A stretch of DNA of 64,000 nt from Lama glama (GCA_028534125.1 CM052816.1:22880001-22944000); one strand, 5' to 3'; positions 51,846-63,849 are shown, counted from the first letter of the stretch. Program-made: numbers and translations. Notes: generated by a model not told the origin, from the sequence alone.

Positions 51846-51881
51846 CTAGAGATGGGCTCCAGCCTAGAGATGGGCTCCAGC
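51846..51881. repeat. Perfect tandem duplication, 2 x 18 bp
   Basis: ctagagatgggctccagc at 51846-51863 and 51864-51881. Confidence 0.95.
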
Positions 51882-51899
51882 TTTCTTAGGCTAAAAACA

Positions 51900-52491
51900 G
51901 GAAACAAACCAAATGTCCATCAACAGATGACTGGATAAAGAAGTTGTGGTATATGTATACAATGGAATACTACTCAGCCATAAATAATAGTAAAATAATG
52001 CCATTTGCAGCCACATGGATGGACCTGGAGATCGTCATTCTAAGTGAAGTAAGCCAGAAAGAGAAAGAAAAATTCCTTATGATAGCACTTATATGTGGAA
52101 TCTTAAAAAAAAAAAGACAAATGAACATATTTACAAAGCAGAAGCAGACTCACAGCCATAGAAAACAAACTTATGGTTACGGGGGGGAGGGGGTGGGAAG
52201 GGATAAATTGAGAGTTTGAGATTTGCAGATACTAATATATATAAAGTAGATAAACAACAAGTTCATACTGTATAGCACAGGGAACTATATTCAGTATCTT
52301 GTAGTAACTTATGGTGAAAAGGAATATGAAAATGAATATATGTATGTTCATGTATGACTGAAGCATTGTGCTGTACACCAGAAATTGATACATTGTGAAC
52401 TAACTATACTCCAATAAATATATATATATTTGTCTGTCTGTCTATCTTATCTTATCTACCTACCTATCTATCTGTCTACACACACACAGAC
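51900..52491 (+). mobile_element. Young 5'-truncated L1 (ORF2 end plus full 3' UTR) with a microsatellite tail
   Basis: ORF 51944 WYMYTMEYYSAI..MPFAATWMDLEIVILSEVSQKEK is the L1 ORF2 C-terminus. G-rich tract at ~52181-52202. Candidate TSD ggaa(a/c)caaaccaa at 51900-51912 and 52492-52504. Confidence 0.92.
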
Positions 52492-53079
52492 GGAACCAAA
52501 CCAACAGAGGGACCTCGTAACTTACCTTTCCAGTGAGCACTTACTCCCTTGGTTGGACTATCACTCCACTCACTTGGGTCATTCATTCCTGTGGCTTCCA
52601 TGTACTGACTAGGCACAAAGGGCTCAACTCTTAGATTTAGAAATATCTTACCTCTGACAAAGCTGCCTCAGGCTAAGTCTGTAAGAGTAAAGTAACATAA
52701 ACAGTCAGGCAATTACATGGTTGTTTCACTGTGGACAGTTCTGCACTCAGCTGGCTGAGCCCATAAAGAGGGGCTGTTGCTGGCATCAGGAACCCTGAGC
52801 ATTTTTTCCTGCTGTGAGGTCCAAAAGCTTGTGAGCAAGGAAACAGAAGAAACCCTTCTCCAACACAGTGCTACCCAGAGGGAGCCAGCATAGTAGGGGA
52901 AGACTGAGATTCAAAGCCTCAAGAGGCTCTAACTGAGCAAAAGATCAGCAAACTTATCTCTGTCCAGAACCAGCATACAGCAGAAGCAAACTGAATGGTG
53001 GATGGAACATGGTCATGGAGTCAGCTGGACCTCTGTGCCCTCATTGTCTCCTATGTCACCCCAACAACTAAGAAGCCGT

Positions 53080-53290
53080 GGGTTAGCATGGAAAGACAGC
53101 AAGTAACAGAAATCTCAGCTCTACAGCATGGCAACTATGACAACTCATGACAAGTTACTTAATCACTCACGGTCTCAGATTCCATGTCGGTTGAATGAAG
53201 AAAATAGTATCAGTATTCTGAGAGCTGTTATGAGGATTACACTTAAAAGGACAACATAAGTAAAATGCAGTGTTGTGTTGAGTGCCCAGA
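53080..53290 (+). mobile_element. MIR SINE
   Basis: caagttacttaatcactc..gtctcagattcc...gttatgaggatta. Confidence 0.6.
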
Positions 53291-54289
53291 AGACGATCGA
53301 TACAATGATGTTGAAGGTTGATGGAATTGCTCTCGAGGTGGTATTTAAATAGAACATCCATAGCTATCCAAATAAGGTAATGCCAATACCGTACGATATT
53401 GTGCTTCAGGCTGTATTCACATTGCGTTGCCCTTGAATCATGGGATTTTAAGTAACAGATATTACACGGATGGAAAAACATTCAGTTTCACTAGTATAAC
53501 TCCAATACATTTCAGTCAAGAACTATCACAGTACCTGAAAAAAAAACATAGGAAAACTTAATGCAAAATTATAAAATAGAATTTAATGCACTTATATTAG
53601 TTTCAGTATAGGGTGCATGTGTGTAATTAAGTTCAAATGAGCTCTCCGCATTCCTGTTTCATCAGCATAATTTCATCAATACAGTGGAGAATGCCACTTC
53701 ATCCCTGGGCAGGTGCCTCATGACTCTGTAAGACTTGGGGTGTTTTAAGTGAGGCCTCTGCATCAATTCTTCAGTAAAACTCTCTGCTGTTTCAGTTGCC
53801 TAAGTTAAAGAAAACAACAGACCTTGATTTCTTTTCTTCATTAATAAAATCATTAATAATTATTATTTAGTAATAGCTCTTCCCAAATGACTACCTTTAC
53901 TGAATGTTAATATATTTACTGTACAGGAAAATAAAACCCACAAAAGAGCTAAGAAACAAAACATAGGAAAATAAGCTGTTAAAGTCAGGGCTTGTGAAGG
54001 CCGGGGACAATTTTAGAGCAAAGATCAATTCTGAATTGTTGGCCCTGTCAAGATTTTTAACATCTAAAAGTGCCATTAATTCCTTTCTGATGAATCTTGC
54101 ATTATTAAGATTATATGTTATAGTCAAGGAAAGTGCCATGACATTTGACACAATGTTAAGCAATGTTATTTTTTTGAAGCGCCCAAAATGTCTTCACTAG
54201 AAGAGATTGCTACCCTGTAAGGAACTCATTACTAAGGCAAATGCTATATGGCCTCTTGGCAGTCAGTTCCAGACAATGGTAACAAAGCA

Positions 54290-54610
54290 CAGTAATTGCT
54301 TTCAAATCAATTGTGATGCAAATATTAGTGTTCTTGTGTGAAAAAAGAAAATCAAAGTGTAGAACAGTATGTATGATATGCTACATTTTGTGTATAAAGG
54401 GTGAAAAAATAAAACATGTCTTTTTTGCTTCTGAAACTTTAGAAAGACATGCACATGAACATACATACACCTAAAATGGCAGATATGTGTGGCTGAGGGC
54501 AGATCTTGGTGAACAGGTAGTGAAGCTGACAGCGGAAGACATTTAAAATTTTTGCTTGATTTTGGAACTGTGCAAATGGGTTACCTATTTACAAAATGAA
54601 ATTTTAAAAA
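54290..54610 (+). mobile_element. Old L1M 3' end fragment
   Basis: gtgaaaaaagaaaatcaaagtgtagaacagtatgtatgatatgctacattttgtgta. Confidence 0.55.
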
Positions 54611-55174
54611 TATGACTTCTAAAGATCTTTTTGCACAGATTTTAATTTTTTCTTACATTTCTTTAATGAGATTATGTTTTTCTACAAACTAGACAGCATT
54701 GACTCAGTTCTAAGAAAGAATGATGCAGGAAACTAAATGACACTTTCCCATGTGTTCTATAAACTACAAAATTATAATTGTAAAATTAATTATATACTTA
54801 CGTTATATTATAAATATAAGAATATTTTCATTATATTTATAATTTCCCCATTTACTTTTGTATCTTTGAGCCATCTACCAACCCACATTAAAGGCCATTT
54901 CTGACCAGTTCTTGGTTCAGTTTGATCACAAAGCTGATGAGATCAAGGAGGAATACTTACCCTGGAATGTAAATTATTAAATTTTAAAAACTGTTCATTT
55001 TAATCACTTATGAAGGTTAGGACTTAAAGCACAATGATACAGATATCATGCCCATAATCTCTTATTTATTTTCCTAGCCTGTGTAGCAAGCACCTTTTGG
55101 CGACGATGACCGTTAAGAAACACATCAACTACGACTGAAAGGAAACAGCACAAATTTTTCAGTGTTTTTGAAAA

Positions 55175-56003
55175 AGAATACTGTTATACCTGTGTTTTAT
55201 TATAAATAACCAGGTTCTGTCATTATCTTCTTGCCAGCAAATGAAGGACATTGTCTCATAAAGCTTCTAAAATGTACATGAATATTTAATTAAATCATAT
55301 TTCCTTGAGAAAATAAAGTTCATTCGCATTTATAGCAGACAGTTCTGAGGAGTACATAATTGTCAGAAGACCAGGGTAGCCAGTACCGGTTGCTTGTGGA
55401 ACAAAACTCCTCAATTTTTAAAACTTCTTTTAAAAAATAAACATACAATCATAAGTGTTCATTTACTTTAAAAATCCTAAAGATGAAGAAAATTATTGTC
55501 TATATATTTAAGTCCTTGTATAAATTACAAAACTCAAGTTTATGTTACAGAGTCCCTTCCCCATAGGAAGCATAAAGCACTTTTGTGGTACCTTTCACCA
55601 GTAAATATTCATATCACATTGAATTTGACAAACAAAAGAAAAGTCGATATTGCATCTTTAAGCCCAAGAAAACATTCTTCTAAGCTGTCTCTCATGATGA
55701 ATGAGCTTCAAAAGTCATTTGATTGCCACAATTTAACTCAATCTCAAATAAAGATATATAAAAGTTATACATATATTGACTTCAGTAGAAATCTGAAATA
55801 TCAGTGAACTGCAGACTCTTCTTGTTTGAGGTCAACAAACACCCTTTGGAAGACAACCAAGAGTTGTTTAAGACCAGGACAACAAAATAAAATTATAACA
55901 AGAATAATTATAATAATAAAAATAACAATAATCAAATAAAAATAACAAAACCAACAATGAGGTAAACTCCCCTTGAAAAAGGCAGTATGTGTTGCCCGGA
56001 CTG
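55175..56003 (-). other. CHSY3: CHSY3 3' UTR (end approximate)
   Basis: Repeat-free AU-rich sequence between the stop codon and AATAAA at 55196-55201. Confidence 0.7.
55196..55201 (-). terminator. Poly(A) signal AATAAA for CHSY3 (a second AATAAA lies at 55065-55070)
   Basis: tttatt on the plus strand about 800 nt past the stop. On the minus strand it is followed by a U/GU-rich element (tttgtgctgtttcctttcagtcgtagttgatgtgtttctt). Confidence 0.65.
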
Positions 56004-57566
56004 TCAGGAGAGAGTTCGATTGTACCTGACACCCAAATGTTTTTCCAACCACAGTTCAGCCAGTTGCATGGCTGAGGCAAAAGTACTTGCCTTGGATCCC
56101 AAGCACATCTTATACTGCTTAGGGTCCAAGTTAGGGTCACAATGAACTGGATGGAAAATATGCACCACTCCTACTTCTTGACTTCTGAAGGGCCTTAAGC
56201 CAGACAGAATAACTTTATTGTAGAGATCTACATCTTCCAGTCCCCAGCCTTGTATTGAGGTATCAAATCCACCTGCACCCAGAAGATCACTTTTATAAAT
56301 ACAGGTAATTCCATATCCATAGTCTCTCCAAAATCCAGTCTTCTTTGAGAAGACAAAGTCATCATCAGTGGGAGGATTTCCCCCATTGGTTACCTTTGGG
56401 TCATACTGGCTAAAGATGATGGGGTAGTACACCTGCTGTCCCTGAACTGTATTGTCTCTACATCGTTGGAGAAAGTCTCCTCTGAAGATCAAGTCAACAT
56501 CACAAAATAGCAGCAAAGTATCATTGTCAAACTGGGAAGATCCCATCTCAAGACCCAGACCTCTGGAAAACTCCCCCTCCATGGGGATCAGGGTCATTTC
56601 CGCTTTAGGGTACTTGTTTTGATATTCTTGAATCAGCTCAATATGCTTGTTGGAATCTTGGCCAGAATCCTTACTGAAAAGAATGATGACCAGCTTTACA
56701 TTCTGGTTTGGGATAAGACAAGTGTTCTCAAAGTTCTCCATGAATCTCGAGAAAATGTCATACCTTCCAATGAGAGGAACAAGAATGTGTATTTTCTTTT
56801 CATTGTGCCCTCCCATTTCTTTGGCACCTTGAAAAGAAGACAGTATCTTTAAAGAATTAGAGATAAAGGAGAATGACTGGGTGTCACTGTTAATACTCTC
56901 TACAAGACTGTTGACATCTAGCTCTTCAGTTTCTCTGAAGAAAGGCTTGCTGAACAACTGCTGAAGATAGGCATGACGTCTCACTGGCACAGTCAGTTTC
57001 CTCCCCTTGTGCCTTTTGTATAAGAGGAGCAAATCCAAAATGTACTCCACTCCATGCATGGGATCAACCCTGCGATAGCCATACTGGATTTCCTTGAAGT
57101 CAATGAGCCGTCCTCTGCTCTTAGCATTCTCATTGATCATCTCCATCACCTGCAGGACGGTATCATCCAGCGCTATTCTCAGGATGCTGTTGATGCTCTG
57201 TCGAGGAGGCTGGTTCTCAGAGGCTGAGTAGAGGAGCTTCCCTGTCAGGAACTCCCATTCTATCACTTCATCTCTCTCCCGAGGCTGGAAGTGGTTGAAA
57301 GAAGGCATCACTCCCAGCTGCTGGTCCTCTTTGCTCACTTCACTATTACTGAGCTTGCTCATCAGAGCGCTCTCCCGGTGGAGCTGGATGGTGCGGTAGC
57401 GAAGTTCAGAAATTTTGCGGCTGAGCATGTAATTATGAAGCCTGTATTGGTAGGCAGGCCTTTTGTTTGGATGAAGTGTTATGGCTGCGTGGATTTTGCT
57501 GTTGTGAAGGTCTTGTATATAACCCTTCCGATTGTGTTCATAATTTTCATGGAACAGTTGCTGCAT
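56004..57566 (-). CDS. CHSY3: Chondroitin sulfate synthase 3, last coding exon (520 aa C-terminal part; partial CDS, upstream exons lie beyond the window)
   Basis: Uninterrupted 520-aa ORF MQQLFHENYEHNRKGYIQDLHNSK...WLEKHLGVRYNRTLS that I recognise as the CHSY3 C-terminus. It has the DxD motif (FCDVDL; DVD at 56493-56501) and the beta4-glycosyltransferase motif GWGLED (56232-56249). Stop TGA at 56004-56006. The first Met is an internal residue directly after a splice acceptor. Confidence 0.97.
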   Translation of the reverse strand: MQQLFHENYEHNRKGYIQDLHNSKIHAAITLHPNKRPAYQYRLHNYMLSRKISELRYRTIQLHRESALMSKLSNSEVSKEDQQLGVMPSFNHFQPRERDEVIEWEFLTGKLLYSASENQPPRQSINSILRIALDDTVLQVMEMINENAKSRGRLIDFKEIQYGYRRVDPMHGVEYILDLLLLYKRHKGRKLTVPVRRHAYLQQLFSKPFFRETEELDVNSLVESINSDTQSFSFISNSLKILSSFQGAKEMGGHNEKKIHILVPLIGRYDIFSRFMENFENTCLIPNQNVKLVIILFSKDSGQDSNKHIELIQEYQNKYPKAEMTLIPMEGEFSRGLGLEMGSSQFDNDTLLLFCDVDLIFRGDFLQRCRDNTVQGQQVYYPIIFSQYDPKVTNGGNPPTDDDFVFSKKTGFWRDYGYGITCIYKSDLLGAGGFDTSIQGWGLEDVDLYNKVILSGLRPFRSQEVGVVHIFHPVHCDPNLDPKQYKMCLGSKASTFASAMQLAELWLEKHLGVRYNRTLS

Positions 57567-57595
57567 CTGAAGAGTAGAAGGAAATCAAGATGTTA
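57567..57595 (-). other. CHSY3: 3' splice acceptor of the CHSY3 terminal exon (phase 0)
   Basis: Minus strand reads ...ctaacatcttgatttccttctactcttcAG|ATGCAGCAA. This gives a branch-like CTAAC, a polypyrimidine tract and AG at 57568-57567. Confidence 0.92.
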
Positions 57596-58539
57596 GAATA
57601 AATTCAAAAAGAAAACAAGTAATAAATGAAAATATTTAAATGAAAATATTTAATAAAAATTATTTATATGGTCTGACAAAACAAAAATGCCTTGTGAAAT
57701 TTATATTTAAAAGAAAGTAAAATATTTAAAAATGTCAGATCTGTATGCTGTAACACTGCAAATTCACTTCCTGTCAATTAATATGCAAATATTGCAAACT
57801 AACTTCCAGCTATCTATTTTTAAGTAAAACATCTTTTCATGCTTTCTTTCATCTATTCATTCTCAAATCAACCCGAAATATCAAAGAAAATAAGAACTGT
57901 CTATCCATAACCCCATAATCATTGTGAGGATAAGGCAGAATGGGTAGAACACAGATTTTTCAAAATTGGGGTTCACCCTGAGGAGTAAGTCCGATGCCTT
58001 TTTGCTTGGAATGGCGGTATCAGCCCCAGAGGAGACCTACATTTTATTTAGCATTCTGATAGACCATCTATACAGAGGAAGTTCTTGGTAAGGTAAAAAC
58101 TACTGATCTTGATCTATACTGCTTACCTAAAAGATGGTATCCAAAACTAGACCTGCTTGACATCCTTATCAGCCAAACAGGCTCTCTGCTAACTTAGACA
58201 AAGCTCACCACCTCAGGCAGAAACAAAAATGAGATCACACTTCAAACTGTCGGCTGACTACTCTGCCAGTTAATGAAGACACCTCCACCACACCCATTCA
58301 AGAAAATGACCAATGGAGGAGGAGGTGGAGGAAGAGGAGGGGGAGGAGAGTCAGCAGCAGCAGGTGCAGCATGAGACATATGTGTGCAAATAAACTGATG
58401 AACAGGAGGAAAGGAGCGCTGCAAACTTAAGAATACACATCAAAGCAAGGAAAAATTATAGACAAAACAAATAAATTGAGGAAGATACAATCCCTCCCTT
58501 TCAAAAAGAACTCAAGGAATAGATAGATGAGCTAAAGAA

Positions 58540-58838
58540 GAAATGCTACTAGTCCCAAGAATGTGGACAAATCTCACAAACAAGTGAAAAAAGCCACATA
58601 TAAAAGAACACGTTTTGTATGATTCTATTCATGTGAAATTCAGAATCAGGTAAAGCTAAACTATGCTGTTGGCTGTTACAATAGCCATTAAAATAACAAG
58701 AAAGGAGGTGGGGTTTCTGGAGTGCTGGTGATGTTCTATTGGTTGATCTAGGTCATTGTTACACATATGCATTCAATCTGTGAACATTTATTGAACTGTT
58801 ACTTAAGATATATTTGTTATACTCCAAATAATAAGACT
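58540..58838 (+). mobile_element. Old L1M 3' UTR
   Basis: tggacaaatctcacaaac..gaaaaaagccacata...tgtatgattctattcat...ttctggagtgctggtgatgttctatt..ttgatctagg. Confidence 0.7.
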
Positions 58839-59030
58839 TTATTTATTTTTTTATTGAGTGATAGTCAGTTTACAATGTTGTGTCAATTTCCAGCGTCGAG
58901 CACAATTTTTCAGTTATTCATGAACATACATATATTCATTGTCACATTCTTTTTCACTGTGAGCTACCACAAGATCTTGTATATATTTCCCTGTGCTATA
59001 CAGTATAATCTTGTTTATCTATTCTACATC
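58839..59030 (-). mobile_element. Young L1 3' UTR tip
   Basis: ttttttattgag..atagtcagtttacaatgttgtgtcaatttc...ttccctgtgctatacagtat, the reverse complement of the 52260-52415 family. Confidence 0.85.
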
Positions 59031-62000
59031 TACCTAGTTCTAGTTTTATTTTAAAAATATGTATACACGTGCATATAGCACTAGGTAGGGTTTTCTGATA
59101 TATATGTATATAAATGTGTCTGGACATGTAGGGAAAGTGAGAATATGACTATCAGAGCAGTTCTCCTACCAAAGGTGACGTAAAAGGAATGAGGCTAATA
59201 CCATGGCAACTTCTTTATCGCCACTATTTCACCTGGTTCTTATCCTATACTCAGACAGATTTCTCAAGTCAACATCATCTGACTCTGAAGAATATAACAG
59301 CAGATATTTCAAGATGCATTTTGGACTTGAGCCAAGACACAGTAGTTCAGCTGCATCCAGTATTTTTTTTTCTGAAATCACATTCCAATTATTATTTGAA
59401 ACTTTGATCAATGTTACATCAAATTAAATCCATAATTTTCAGTGGCCTATTAGATCTCCTCTTTTGTAGTATTATTATTTTTGCCTGAAATTACCTCAAC
59501 ATTTTACTTTAAGTTATTTTCCATGGATTTTTTTTTGTATGCAACAAGATAAAAAGAATTCTGATGGCATGTAGAATACTAATTATACAGCCTCTAGTAA
59601 GTAGTGGCTTTCTGAAACTTTTCTTAAGGCCTACTTTGCATTACTAAGAGAAGAGAGCGTGCTAAATTAAACAGGAAACATTGCTCAGAGGCAGACTGCA
59701 GAGTTACCTAGCTCCTTTAATGATATTAAAGTGATTAATACTGTACAACTTGATAAATGTGACATTCTGTTATAGGTATTTTGTTATCTGAGTATTAAAA
59801 TGTTTAACTAACTTGCATTATTCACATCATTACAACCCAATCCACCAACATAGTGCTTATTTTTCAAGCACATTCCTTCATAGCAATATTACAGCAGATA
59901 AAGACAGTGAGGGGGCAATCCTTAAAAATAGTACATTTATACATACTCTAGGTAGTATGGTATTGATGAGACCATCTTGAATCTATGCCATATCTGCCAT
60001 TAAGAAGCAGAGAGTATATCCAAATTTTCTACTTTTATGTTTAGGGAAGTCCAAGCTATACAGGACAGATGGAAGAATATAGTTTTCAGAAGATGAGTGT
60101 GGCACTGTCTAGTTGGCTTGCTTCATCTTTGTTCATTTTCGGAAATGCTTGAGTTATACATACATTCAGGGCTTCAATGTATCTAATAGGCCACTGAGGT
60201 ACCTTCTCCTAACAAAAGTTCTTAACATTTTACTACAATGAAGATAAATTATTGTAGGGGTTTCAGGAAACCAAGATTCGAGAGGGTTAAGTAATTCAAC
60301 CAAGGGTCTACTGACAGTAATGAGATTATGACTAACACTAGAACAAGCAGTTAATTTTATCACTTATTGCACTAAATTCTGAATGTAGCAAAACTGTTTT
60401 AAGAAAAAGTATAAAATATGCTTTTAAAATTATATTAGCTTGTTTGAAATAATTCAGGGCTTCCTCTCCTTTCAGAATTTTCAATCGATTTCATGGTACC
60501 TCCAGAGCCTTAGACTGAAAGGGAAAATCATTTCACATTAACAGAATCACAGCAGCAATTAACATCAGTGTGTCCTGACTGACCCCAGTGTTTTAAGTGT
60601 ATCACTCAAAATCCCATCCTCTGAGAAGGAAATTACCTGAGAAGTTATAGATAAATCTATTATGAAAATCAGAGTAGAAGAATAAAAGGCAAGATTTAGT
60701 CGTACGTAATTATTAATCTTCTATAACATTAAACTTCCATTTCCTTTTTAGATTCATTAATAATGAAAACATAGCAAAGACAGTTTCTGAAATGATCATA
60801 GCTATGTAAATAAAGGACTTCATTTTAGCAATTAAAATCCTGAAAGAAATACTAAGGAGCTGAGTGCAAACAGGCACAGGGTAACTTCCGGAGCCCTGCA
60901 AAGCTAGATTGTGCTAATGGCTGCACAACTACATAAATTTACTGCTATTTAACTAGGTACTTAGGAGGGAAGACTTTTACAGAGTGTAAGTTATAACTCA
61001 ATAAGGCTATTTTTGAAAAGACTTTGGGAACATTAAAAATAAAATCCAGCAAACTCCAGCTTTAAAAATGAGGAGATCAGAACAATATATAGTCACCACA
61101 GTACGGGTAGGATTTCCAAAAGCTGACACGTTTGAGCAGGATCATCAGGAAGAGAATGGAGACAGAAGACCAAGCAGAGCACTGTCAGTGGCAAAAGGGT
61201 TCAAAGACAGCAGACCTCAGAAATAACCAGAAAAACAGACAGCCTGGCAATAAAGGGCATAAAACCTACTCTCTGGAGACAGCTGTGGGTGCAGGAACTG
61301 AGGTGACACGGGCTGGCAGAACAAGCCCCTGACGGAGGGATTTTGTTTCTGAGAAGTGGAAGGTAAGTAGAAGAGACAGAGCTACAGAAGTAAAGTATTC
61401 AACGGGTCAGCCAGGTCTTCATGAAGCAGGTTTAATCTGAGGCAGCAGGGAGACCAACACCCTTTCTTTGCAGAAGTCAGCAAGCTCACCACTGCAGCAA
61501 ACACGTCTGCCTGAATGCATCTACAGGGTGAAGGGCTTGTTCAGGGAAAAGGAGTTCTTCCAGAGATCAGTATGTTTTCTAAAAAAGGGCAACAGTACAG
61601 CATTAACACGAAGTTTCTGTAAGAAGAAAAAGACTAGACAAAACCCAGCGCCCCTCCCCCCAAAGAAGCCGTTAAACTGAGGTAAACATTAGCAACTGTT
61701 CTAAAAATGTAAAGCATTTTCCTTTATCTTGGAAAACAATAGAGTAGAAACATCAAATCTCAGAGGTGTGACAGTAAGATGAAATGTCGGTTCACAGAAC
61801 TAAGAAATAAAGAAAACAAAATAGAGTATTAACAGGCATGAAAACAACCGTAAGGAAAATAAAGAATAAACACTGTGGGAAGCTCAGTAAGGGACATGAG
61901 AGATGGAGATTAAGAAAGCTAAAAAATGGAATAGAAATAAAGAGTTCTAACGGATTAGAGAGGCACAATTCAGGACTTGGGAAAGTACGTGGTACAGAGT

Positions 62001-63302
62001 AGCTGCTATTAGTAAGAGATAGTAAGAGTTATCTGTTAGTATTGTCATTGCTGTTCCTTGTTTTCACCACTGCTATCATTAGTGTAGGTATTGAATGAAT
62101 GTGTCAATGAGAATGGCCTTGATTAAGTTTTCCTTAGAAAATAATTCAAATATTCTCAGTACAGCCGTCATTTGGCTTCAGATCATCATCTAAAAACTAA
62201 GAGACTGAATTGTTTTCATGAGGTCTCTGTTGAAACAGAGGAGAAGTAAGAGGCCAGGCCATTACTGGAAAGCTGGAACATCATTTGTGTTCTCTATTAA
62301 AAAACTAATTGCGTTAATTTTTCTCTACGAAGGAGAAAATTTCCTTCATTTATTTATATAAAGAAATTATTTCAATTTAGGGCAAGCTCTTTTGTTCCCA
62401 CTACGCCACTTCATTTTTCCTAAAAAGAAATAATTGTCTATCTTAGAAAATCCTCTTTGAATCTCTTCCTATAGGAAAAGAAGATGTTCTTGTTTGAAGG
62501 ACATATAGACTCAATAAATTAGAATAATTTACGAAAGTGAACAAGGAAATAATAAATCATTAAAGAGGTGTAAAATACAATGGTGACTATGTACCTAAGG
62601 GTTGGGTAATTTGCCTTACAGATATTTACATTTATTTTATTCTGATTTAATTATGCAATTCTACATAACTAAATGGAGAATCTCACTGCCCTTAATGCAA
62701 ATGCCTAATGATCTGTTATTTGGTAAGACCAGTAAATATAAAGGTTCTAAGTAAAACAGGAAATGTTTAGAATACCACTATTATTTTCCTCAATTACTGT
62801 CTTCAAATATTAACAGTAAGTTCTTAAACCATGTCTTACTTCTCTGACAATAATGACACAATGAAATCAGTACCTAATTCTAAGTATTAAGGAGAAGAAG
62901 TAAGTTTGGGAAAAACAAATGTACATATATCATTCTATAATTACAGAGACAATGAAAAATGTTATAGCTTGAATAAGGTAATTGAAAGCAAAGATCTAGT
63001 TTAAGTATGATAAGACGCCCTTCTTCAGGTTTGTCACACAAAATTAAGAGCATTACATATTTTACTGCTAAAATTCATAAAAATAATAGCATCTTGGAAA
63101 TAGCCATATATAATCTACTTTAAAAATTCACTGTACGCATGTGATAAAATTGCATGAAACTGCACGTATGGGCGCCTACACAATCTAAATCTAAACAAGC
63201 TCAGTGGAATATATTAACATCAACATCCTATTTGGGATATTTCACTACAGTTTTGGAAGATTTTGCCACTGTGGGAAACTGGTTAGAAGATACATGGGAT
63301 TT

Positions 63303-63467
63303 GGGGAGGGTACAGCTCAGTGGTACAGTGTGTGCTTAGCATGCACGAGGTCCAGGATTCAATGCCCGGTACCTCCTCAAAAATAAATAAATAAATAAAC
63401 CTAATTACCTACCCCCCCCCAAAAGAAATGTTAAAAGAAGTTAAAAAAAAAGTCACTAAAAAAAAAA
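63303..63467 (+). mobile_element. tRNA-derived SINE (camelid Vic-1-like) with a 16-bp TSD
   Basis: ggggagggtacagctcagtggt (A box)...ggattcaatgccc (B box-like), then (taaa)n-cctaattacct-Cn and an A-rich tail. TSD aaga(t/c)acatgggattt at 63287-63302 and 63468-63483. Confidence 0.88.
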
Positions 63468-63849
63468 AAGACACATGGGATTTCCTTGCATTACTTTTTA
63501 GCAGCTATACGTGAATCAATAATTGTCTCAAAATAAAAGGCTTAATTAAAAATTATATGCAAAAATTAAAATAAAATACTGTCTCATAAATCACCCTCAA
63601 AGTATACTTAAAAGAAGCACATATTGAAAACTTTTGATCCAAAGCTGCAGGTGTGAATTTTGCCTTTTTTCCTTCATAAACCCAGTGTTTTGAATGACTT
63701 TGAATAATTTTAAGTTAGTGGTGCATTTTCCCATTATTTTCAGCCCCATAAGCTTTCTTTATGCTTGTTTTATGAATTTAAGTTGCCCAAGGGCATTTGT
63801 GTTCTCGGATATCCCTTTAAAGTAACAAAAAACATAAAATATCTTCTTC

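Noticed and set aside
57564..57566. ATG as the true start of a single-exon 520-aa gene or retrocopy
   Set aside because: It is directly preceded by a polypyrimidine tract and AG, and the protein lacks the N-terminal transmembrane and first catalytic regions. It is an internal Met of the terminal exon.
55801..57596. Short ORFs overlapping the CHSY3 exon and UTR
   Set aside because: They are antisense or alternative-frame shadows, or low-complexity translations of the U-rich tract.
58242..58424. Proline/alanine-rich 60-aa ORF
   Set aside because: It is a translation of the (GGA)n/(GCA)n simple repeat and has no exon support.
63303..63375. tRNA gene
   Set aside because: The tRNA-like head is followed by a SINE body, an A-rich tail and a 16-bp TSD, so it is a SINE.
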